Below, piece by piece: positions 8,244 through 16,900 of a stretch of 30,395 nucleotides of DNA (its first letter is position 1; each line of letters starts with the position of its first letter). The notes beneath the pieces are model-generated. The model was not told the origin of the DNA, made no database searches, and saw only the letters and a list, made by a program, of their open reading frames with translations. The position numbers and the translations under genes were made by a program. The stretch lies in the IMG/VR virus record IMGVR_UViG_3300031848_000025, positions 1 through 30,395 of that record; one strand, given 5' to 3'. Source of the DNA: a virus. Taxonomy: Duplodnaviria; Caudoviricetes.

Positions 8244-8479
8244 CAGAGCAGCAGATACAATCAAAGAGAATTAAAGAACTAGAAGCTGAAGGGTACTACG
8301 TATTGAAGTTGGTCAAGACTAATAAGAACGGGATTCCGGATTTAGTTGCATTCAAACCAAATGCAGATGTGTTGTTCAGTGAGGTTAAAAGACCAACAGG
8401 TGTGGTTTCAGAGTTACAAAAATATAGACTAAAAGAATTAGATGGATATGGATTCAGAACAGAAATCTACAGAGGGTAA
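8240..8479 (+). CDS. VRR-NUC domain nuclease (Holliday-junction-resolvase-like)
   Basis: E..IQ, GIPDL, FSEVKRP.G..SELQ motifs. Confidence 0.88.
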   Translation: MTEQQIQSKRIKELEAEGYYVLKLVKTNKNGIPDLVAFKPNADVLFSEVKRPTGVVSELQKYRLKELDGYGFRTEIYRG

Positions 8480-8486
8480 GATTACA

Positions 8487-8813
8487 ATGAAGGTTGATGA
8501 TGAATTTTTTAATGAAATTCAGAAGTATACAGATGATGAAATAGAAGTAATTCTATCTCTTCTGTTCTCAAATTCAAAGACTTTACCTGATACGGGAGAT
8601 GAGTCAGAGACTGTATGTGGTGTGGTTCATGGGGAAACTCCTCTATTCTTTGAGGTAGAATATATTAAAGACCCTGAAGAAGAGCCTACCTATATAGATA
8701 TATTTAAGGTAGAAATAAACGACTACCTAGACGCAATTAATAACAAGACAATACTTAGACCAAATGAAGGACAAGGAAAAGAGATTAATGTCAGTAGTGA
8801 ACAAGGTATTTAA
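8487..8813 (+). CDS. Acidic hypothetical protein
   Basis: ATG 8487 just after the VRR-NUC stop; no family recognised. Confidence 0.7.
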   Translation: MKVDDEFFNEIQKYTDDEIEVILSLLFSNSKTLPDTGDESETVCGVVHGETPLFFEVEYIKDPEEEPTYIDIFKVEINDYLDAINNKTILRPNEGQGKEINVSSEQGI

Positions 8814-9267
8814 TCTTGACATAAACTTAAGGAGTAGAGTTAAGATATACACAGAAGCAAGGATGGTTTTTTGTATAATACTTAAAGAGGAGGGCTTTGG
8901 TTCTTCTAGATTGGGTAGGATTTTAAACATAACCCACGGAAGCATTCATAACTATTGGCTTAAGGCGGAATCGTACATAGCTACAGACAGAACCTTAAGG
9001 GAAAGGTACTTTTCGGTGAGAAAAGAATTCTACGAAGACCAAGACCCTATCTACTCAGGAATTAAAAATGAGTTAGAAGCAGTAAATATGGAAAATAAAG
9101 TACTATCTTTGCGTAACGCACAGCTAGAAGCTTCTATTAAGAAGTCTTTAGATGAAGAGTTACTATACGGAAGTATGTTTACCATTATAAAAGAAAGAAC
9201 GCCTAGCAATAAAGAAGCTGAGGTAGAACAAAAACTTAAAAGATTTTTCAATGGCTTATTCGTATAA
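8764..9267 (+). CDS. Second DnaA-domain-IV-like HTH protein with C-terminal coiled coil
   Basis: V..VF.LDI..RSR....EARMVF..IL...G.....GR.LN..HGSIHNY pattern. Confidence 0.7.
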   Translation: MKDKEKRLMSVVNKVFNLDINLRSRVKIYTEARMVFCIILKEEGFGSSRLGRILNITHGSIHNYWLKAESYIATDRTLRERYFSVRKEFYEDQDPIYSGIKNELEAVNMENKVLSLRNAQLEASIKKSLDEELLYGSMFTIIKERTPSNKEAEVEQKLKRFFNGLFV

Positions 9268-9487
9268 AGATATAGAGAAGATTTCTTCATTAAAGACTTG
9301 GACAGACAAGCAGAAGTTAGATGAGTTGCTTTGGATAGACTGTAATTTGTATGCCAATCTTGGTATAGACTCTACTAAAACTGAAGTATCTCTAGTGGCG
9401 GCAACATCAAAGAAGATATATAAGTTAATCAAAAAGATAGATGAGCCGATGGGTAATCTATTCTTAAACGCGTTAGAAAACAAATAA
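9251..9487 (+). CDS. Hypothetical protein (78 aa)
   Basis: Operonic overlap with neighbours; helical composition. Confidence 0.7.
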   Translation: MAYSYKDIEKISSLKTWTDKQKLDELLWIDCNLYANLGIDSTKTEVSLVAATSKKIYKLIKKIDEPMGNLFLNALENK

Positions 9488-9488
9488 A

Positions 9489-9680
9489 ATGCCTAAATTA
9501 ACTCCTTACCAAGAAGAACGGTTAAGCCATATAAATCATTTAACCGGTGGTCTTCACGACTCCACTAATCAGATATACGAACATCTAGTAGATAGGGAAT
9601 ATACTGAAGTAAAGGTGGAAGTAAAGGGGTTGATAAAAGCATTAGAAGGTATCCTTAATTCATTAGAAAATGAGATTTAA
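9489..9680 (+). CDS. Hypothetical protein (63 aa)
   Basis: ATG 1 nt after the previous stop; overlaps the next gene. Confidence 0.7.
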   Translation: MPKLTPYQEERLSHINHLTGGLHDSTNQIYEHLVDREYTEVKVEVKGLIKALEGILNSLENEI

Positions 9681-10389
9681 AAAAGATTTTAGACCAAGAC
9701 TTAATGGAAATAAAAAGGTAGCATACGATTACTTCAATAAGAAGGAGCGGAGAATTCTCGTAATAGGAGATATTCACGCTCCTTTCGTTGTTGGTGGTTA
9801 CCTCGATTTCTGTAAAGATGTATACGCAAAGTATAACTGCAATCAAGTTGTATTCATTGGTGATATTATTGATAATCACTATAGCTCATTCCACAAGGAA
9901 GACCCTGATGGATTAGGTGGAGGTGATGAACTAGACCATGCAATAGAAGAAATATCTAAATGGGTTAGTGCTTTCCCTAAAGCTGATGTAACTATAGGTA
10001 ATCACGATAGAATTATAATGCGTAAAGCGTTTGACTCTAAGATACCAAGCCGGTGGATTAAGTCGTACAACGAAATACTAGGGACTAATTGGAATTGGGT
10101 AGAGAGAATTGTCTACGACAACGTTCAATACGTTCATGGTGAGGGTGGTACGGCTAGAACTAAGGCTAAGAACGATATGATGTCAACAGTTCAAGGACAC
10201 ATACATACACAAGCTTATTGTGAGTGGATGGTTGGTAGAGGATTTAAGATATTTGGGATGCAAGTAGGTTGTGGTGTGGATGGAGACAGCTACGCAGCAG
10301 CATACGCAAAGAACTTTAAGAAGCAAGCTATCGGATGTGGTGTTGTTATAGGTGGTCATACAGCTATAAACTGCCTTATGGATTTATGA
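9670..10389 (+). CDS. Calcineurin-like metallophosphoesterase
   Basis: GDIH, GDIID, GNHD, VHG, GHIH metal-binding motifs. Confidence 0.92.
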   Translation: MRFKKDFRPRLNGNKKVAYDYFNKKERRILVIGDIHAPFVVGGYLDFCKDVYAKYNCNQVVFIGDIIDNHYSSFHKEDPDGLGGGDELDHAIEEISKWVSAFPKADVTIGNHDRIIMRKAFDSKIPSRWIKSYNEILGTNWNWVERIVYDNVQYVHGEGGTARTKAKNDMMSTVQGHIHTQAYCEWMVGRGFKIFGMQVGCGVDGDSYAAAYAKNFKKQAIGCGVVIGGHTAINCLMDL

Positions 10390-10796
10390 GATTCGAAAAA
10401 GAGTCTGACCTAAAAAGGGAGACTCAAGCTATAGAGAAGTTCGTTGGAATATTCAAAGGTAGCTACAAGAAATTAGGTCCGAACGATATTGATTACAGAG
10501 TGTTTAACGATGCTAAAGAGTTAATAGCTTACGTTGAGGTTAAGGGAAGGTTAAGGTCTATTAGAGACGCTTATCCTTTACCTGTTGCCGCTAGAAAGGT
10601 GGTGAAGCTTTGCGATAAAAGATTAAACCCTGTTATGATTTGGGCATGCGAGGACGGAATCATCTACGCTAAAGTATCAGAGATAGAGGGTGATGTTCGT
10701 TGGGGTGGTAGAAAGCCTAGGGCTAACTCAGTTCACGACGAAGAGTTAATGATTTATTATAAACCACAAAAAGGATTTAAGTATGTACGATTCTGA
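10386..10796 (+). CDS. PD-(D/E)XK-family nuclease-like protein
   Basis: ID...(Y)VEVKGR catalytic pattern; ATG 10386 overlaps the upstream TGA (ATGA). Confidence 0.7.
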   Translation: MRFEKESDLKRETQAIEKFVGIFKGSYKKLGPNDIDYRVFNDAKELIAYVEVKGRLRSIRDAYPLPVAARKVVKLCDKRLNPVMIWACEDGIIYAKVSEIEGDVRWGGRKPRANSVHDEELMIYYKPQKGFKYVRF

Positions 10797-10872
10797 ACCA
10801 AATTACAAAGAATTTATATTTGTATTGGTAGTCAACGCAATAATACTCTACACGCTTTATAGCTTAATTTAA
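10783..10872 (+). CDS. Putative 29-aa membrane peptide (MYDSEPNYKEFIFVLVVNAIILYTLYSLI)
   Basis: Fills the gap between the last large gene and the terminator; 19-residue uncharged hydrophobic C-terminus. Confidence 0.45.
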   Translation: MYDSEPNYKEFIFVLVVNAIILYTLYSLI

Positions 10873-10905
10873 GAGAGTCCGTTCACACGGACTCTCTTTT
10901 TTTTT
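10871..10905 (+). terminator. Intrinsic terminator between the convergent operons
   Basis: AAGAGAGTCCGT-tcac-ACGGACTCTCTT perfect 12-bp stem running into a T9 tract. Confidence 0.92.
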
Positions 10906-10914
10906 GCTCTAGAA

Positions 10915-13900
10915 TTACCTCTTAGGTCTAGTCTTCCTAGGTCTTGTTCCTTTCTTAGGTCTAGTCTTTGTAGGTCTTGTTCCTTTACGTTTCTTAGTTC
11001 CATCGTAATTGTACTTAGCATCCTTGTCAGCTCTGCTCTGCTTCCTTTCGTCGCTCTTAGTCTTCTTATCTATAGTGTCTTGCTCATAGTTATCTGATTC
11101 AGGACCGAACGTCTTAGACCAAAGGTTTCTATCGTACCTCTTCATGTCTGTTTCGTTGTCGTACTGCCCTAGCTTATCTGCCTTTATCTTAGATGCAGTT
11201 TCGCCTTCAGGTCTATACGAAGGACTTATACCAAGCATGTCGTATACAGATTCCTCACTCAACCCATCATTAAAGGTGTTGGCTAGCCCTATGAACGGGT
11301 CGAACTGAACACCAAGAGCTACCTCTACTGCTACTCTAGTAGCATTTTGAATATCCTTATCGTCACCTTCATCTTCAGCTTTCTTATTTAACTTAGTTAG
11401 CTTTCTGTAGATGGCAGTTATAGGATTAACTACGTCTGATGTTGGTTTGTTACCCTCACCATTAACGGCGTTAACAGCCATCTCTGCTCCTGCACCAAAG
11501 TAAGGTATGTGATAGATTAGGTTCGCTCCACTCATAGCTTCTTTCATCTTAGCTAAAGCTTCTTCTTTATCTTCATCTTCTCCTTCAATAAACTTAGCGA
11601 TGTTAGCTGCTAATGCAAACATAACGTTGGCTACACCTAGGTTTAATAGTAAAGCTCTAGTATCTTTAGCTGTAGGGACTTTACCTTTAGCTACAGTTCT
11701 ACTTAAGTTAGTTACTGATTGCATTACTTTATTCATCTGTAAGAATAGTGTACTACCAAACATAGTGAAACCACGTACAAGGGAATTGCTATTCATCTGT
11801 AAAGGAATCTTGTCAGCACCTCTTCGAGATTGTTGAGTAGCATTGTAGTCTTCGAACTTAGCAAGAGCATCAGCCTCACTCATACCATTAGCTATATCTC
11901 TATTGTAGTTAATCATATACCCCATAACTCCAAGTACATCACCAAGAACTGTAGGACTACCTGCGGCTGACTTAAGAATCTTAAACACTTTGTTTTTCTG
12001 AGACTCAGAAGCCTGTTTGTAAGTAACTGAACCGGTTTCCAATCCATATACATCTCCTTCTAATCCTTTAAGGAGACGTTCTTGAAACATAGGAGATATA
12101 TTCCACGCTCTCTTTATTTGAGCAGGCATTGTAGCTATTGTCTTAGCTCCATCAACCATAAACATAAGTAAATCTAATCCCGGAATCTTAGTTTTACCTT
12201 CGCCTCTGTATGAGTAATCTTCGAATGCGTTAACAAAAGAAGTAGATTGTTTTAGAATCTGAACCAACTTAAACGATAAAGCAAACCCCGTATACTTAGT
12301 CATCAACTTGTCGATGAGGTTAGGTTGTATAGCAGGATTACCTCCGTTAGGATTAACCGCGTAATTTATAGCGTTTTTTACCACCTTATTAAGACCGGTC
12401 TCACTAAGTAACGTATTCACAGAGCTGAACTTAAATATAGCGTTCATCTTCTTAATGCCTTTAGCATAACTCTTATACCTCTCTATGGTGTCAAAGTGGT
12501 CTTGAAGGGTAGTGGTGAAATCAGAACCTCTAAGGTCAATATCACCTGTAGTATCATCTCTTTCCTTTAATGCCGGAGAAGTTTGAGCGTTAAATACCCC
12601 ACTAAAATCACCATCATCTAGAAGACTAGAGCTAACTTTTGTTTGAATGGTTTGGGTAGGGAAGTAATTCTCTACATAACCTAAGTTTACATTATTAACA
12701 TCAACGTATACCTCGTTAGTCTTCTCAAAGTATTCAGTGCTTAAGTGTTCAACAAGTTTATCGGCAAACTCAACAACCTCAACACCAAGAATATCTTCTA
12801 TCTGCTTAAGTTTCTCATCAGTTATACCTTGTTTAAGTAGCTTAGCTCTCTGAACCTTATTCTTACTTAATGCATACAGCCTCATCAATTGGTCTGCATT
12901 AAACTTATCACTAGATAAAGGAGTTCCTTTAGATGTGGTAAGACCTGTAATGGTATGAACACCTGTAGCTAACTTCTTCTTGATGTCTTTATAACTATTA
13001 ATGCCATCAATGGTTTTAGCTATATCATCCATCTTAGTACGAGTGGATTGTACACCTTTTGTGTAATTACTCTCCATCTTATTAAGAGCATTGTAGACAT
13101 TGTCTCTAAAGAATGTTCCTGTCTTATCAAGAGCGTTAGTAAGCGTACCTAAGTGCTTTAAATTATTACCCATCGCGGTAATGAACTTACCCATGTCAGT
13201 AAACTTGAACTCAGAAGCATACTTCTTGATGCTAGTGCCTAAGCCGTCACCGAATAACTTAACTCTTCTTGAGTCCTTATCCGCAGCTAGTTGGTTGGCA
13301 TCCTTAACAGAACCATCTTCGTTGTGTAATTCAGAGTAAGACTCGCTTATATTCTTGTCAGCGACAGCTTTAGTTTCAGCAACCTCAGCTCTAAACTCCT
13401 GAAGTCTAGCCTGAAGAGCAGACCTTCCACCTTTCTCTCCCTGCTTAATGTCAGCAAGTAAAGCTTCAACCTGTTCAAGACTCATCTCTCTAATGTCTTT
13501 AACCACATCAAATATCTCGTAAGCGTATAGCTCAGACATCTCCTTAGTAGTGAGAGTGCTTTCGTCCTTACCTAAAATCTCTTCTATGTTAGGGAATAAA
13601 GAGCTCTTAACTCCATCAGCGTCAACCTTGACAGCTTTACCATCAACAGTAGCCAACACTTTAGCTAGCACGTTTTTCATAGCATCAAAGAATTGCTGAC
13701 CTTCAGCATCTAGAGACTTAGCTTTTACTTTACCGCTATCAGTCTTAATCTTCTTAGCGCTCTTCTTGACTCTAGCAACGATATCTTTAATTAGGTTGTT
13801 CTTGTATACGTTCTCAGACTTGTTGTATACGTTAGCCATATACTCAACGAAGCTATCTACTTGGGTTTCATTAAGCACGTCAACCTTAGCAAATCTAGCA

Positions 13901-16900
13901 AGTATCCTTTGACCTTGTGAGTTTGTTAGGTTTCCTTTCTTTATTAATGATTTAACATCTTCAGCTATAAGTTGGCTAGCAGCTTTGATAGCGTCCTTAG
14001 CGTTCTTAGCTCCTTCGTTTAATTCATTTAACCTCTTAACATATAACTTCTTATCTGTAGTAGTTATCTCTTTAGCTCCCTTCTTTATACCAATCAACTT
14101 GCTAGCTGTAGGCGCAGACTTCTCTTTCTTTAAGAACTTCTTACGAACATCTCTAACCATCTGCTCTCTCTGAACATCGGTAGCGTTCTCATAAGCCTTA
14201 GATTTCTGAAGGTAAGATATAACGTTGTTAGCAATCTCGCTAAACTTAACACCTCTATCCTTGGATTTCTTAACTATACCATCAATCTCAGACATCACTC
14301 TATCAAAACCTTTAAGAGTCTTCTCTGTAGGTGATACCGGTTTCTGTGTAGCTTTCTTCTCTGTAGATAGGGCTTCTTTGATTACGCTAGACTCGATACC
14401 TTGCTTTTCTAGAAGGAATTTAATCTGCTTATCGCTCATACCTAAAGCTAAAGCTTCTTTTATGGTAGACTTAATATCTTTACCCACTTCAAACCTAGCC
14501 ATGGATTCTTTAGACTCAGCCTTTGCGTCGAACTTAACCTTATTTTTCCCATCAATTGGTTTACCACTAAACAAATCAGCAAGTCCTGTGTCTATAAAGT
14601 CTTCAAGAGACATGTTCTCTATATCGTTAGCTTTAAAGACGGCTTCTGACGTGATGAAGTTATTTTGGATGTACTTAAATGTAGCATTCAGCCATTCCTT
14701 AAACTTAGATTTCTGAGCTGCATTAGCTATAGTCTCACCTTTAGTTGCCATAAGCTCTACTAAAGCTTCTTCTCTAGCAAGTTTGGTGTCACCATATTTC
14801 TCTATGGCAGTCTTTAAAGCATCAGTACCTTCTACTAATTTAAGCCCACGTTCTAGTAATTTAGTTCCTTTAAGACCTGAAGATTCAGAACGTAAGTAAT
14901 CCATCCATATGTGACCAAACTCGTGTATAGGCGTAGCTAAAGAATCAAAGTCAGGGTTTATAAATATCTTACCATCTACAGTAAGACCAAGTATAACTTT
15001 ACCTTCAGACTCTTTAGTTCTAACCCCCGGCTCGTTAAGTATAGCATCAAATTCAGCCTTACTATTAGCAACGTTAACCGAAGGGAAAGCAAACTTAAGT
15101 TTACCTATAAGTACATCAAGGTTTGATTGCTTAGTATTAGCTGAATCACTTTGAAACACCTTGTCGTTAAAGAACGCTCCACCAACTTGTTGAGCTGTAG
15201 CAGTCTTAGTAGGGAATCTACCCTTCTTATCCTTCTTAAATACTCTACTAGCCTTAGCTCTCCATGTAGAGAACACATCAATACCATGTTTTGGTTTAGA
15301 TATTAAAGCTATAGCCTTTCCTTTAGGTCCGAATCCATAGTTGTCGTGAGAAACCTTAGCGACTCCACCGTTTCCTGTAACATCAATACCAACAACAGCG
15401 ACTATATCTCCGTGAGCTCCCTTCATCATAGAAGGTTCTCCGATTGCTTTGTATATATTATCAGCAAAGAAAGCTTCTGTATTGAACTTAGGGTTTCCTT
15501 CAGCTAGAGAGTTTATAATAGCTCTGTTACTCTTCTTTGCTCCTGTAGGGTATATGATTGACTCGAACAGCAACTTTCTGTCATCAAGAGATAGAGTGTT
15601 TTTATCACCCTGAGCTCTAGCTTTAGATTGTTCTAACACCACGTCAATTAACTGACCTAGGTTCTTTATCTTATTATTCTTAATTAACTCCTGCAACTTG
15701 ATAGCTGCAGCAACTTTCTTCTTACCTACAGTAGACGCTTGAGAAGCTGTCTTAGCCTTCTCTAAGCTAACCTGTAAGTCAGCTAAAGCTTTTACTTGAT
15801 TCTTCTTCTTAGCAGCTTTAATCGCAGGGCTGATGTATCTGAATATAGCTTCGTTAGAATTGATTGCACTGTCTGACATTCTAGCAATAGCCATTGGTAC
15901 GTGACCTTGAGGTAACTTACCATCAGCCCACAGCTTTTCAAACAACGCTTTATTCTTTTTATATAGGGCTACAGCGTTATCGTACTGAACCTTAGCTCCG
16001 GCTTCATCTACACCTGCCCAAGCAGCTTCTGTATTTTTACCTAGTATATTGAACATGATACCACCATCGACATCCATGTTACCACCTTGAGAATCTTTAA
16101 CAGTTCCTGAGGCTAATATATCAGACATACCTGTAAGCATTGGGATACCATCAAAGTAATCCAACGTCTTAAGTAAATCCTTCTCACTCTTAACTCCAAT
16201 AAAGTCTAGCACCTTTTTAGCTACTTTCTTTATAGAGTTACTTTCTTCTAATGGATTAACGTCGTAATCTCTTGAGGCTTCAGTAGCTTCAAACTCAATC
16301 TCGTTAGCGTCCATTTGATTCATCTCTTCCGTAATGGTAGAGGTCTCTTGGTCGTTAACTTCTAAGCCATCAACACGATGCCTAGCCTTAGGTTTTACGA
16401 ATGAATCTCTGTAGTCAGTCATATCATCATAACTAGACTCTTGACCTTCGAAAGTTTTCTCTTCTATATCTAACTCATTGTTAGGGTCATACACCATAGC
16501 AACAACGTCAGGTGTTCCATCCTTCTCTTTGTTCCATCCTTCAGGAGCAAATTCTTCATTGAATGGTGTTCTAGATGTTACTCTAAACCCTAAGTCTTCA
16601 TATAAACTAGTTAGCCTACCGTCGTAGTTGTCAAGCTTTGTACCGCCTGCATCTACAAGCTTAGCCATTAAACCTCTAAGCGTTCCTTTCTTAGCTTCTT
16701 TACCTTCACGAAGCTTGGCTACGTTAGGATTAAATAGACCTTTAATGTCTCCATCAGGAGTTACTATACCATAAGTACCTTCGTGTTCTCGAATATCAGA
16801 CTCGTCTAGTACCTCTTCAGATACTTCATCTACTGCCCATGCGTTAGGACTAGTCTTTTGGAAGAAGTCTTGTTCACTATTGTATTCCTCCTTTGTTACC

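Noticed and set aside
2701-9879. Antisense ORFs (2701, 3020, 3720, 4344, 8727, 9051, 9256, 9655)
   Set aside because: Shadows of well-supported + strand genes, with no recognisable motifs.
2209-10822. Intragenic TAnnTTTG matches at 2209, 9104 and 10815
   Set aside because: Inside coding sequence and expected by chance in AT-rich DNA; could be internal promoters but not supportable here.
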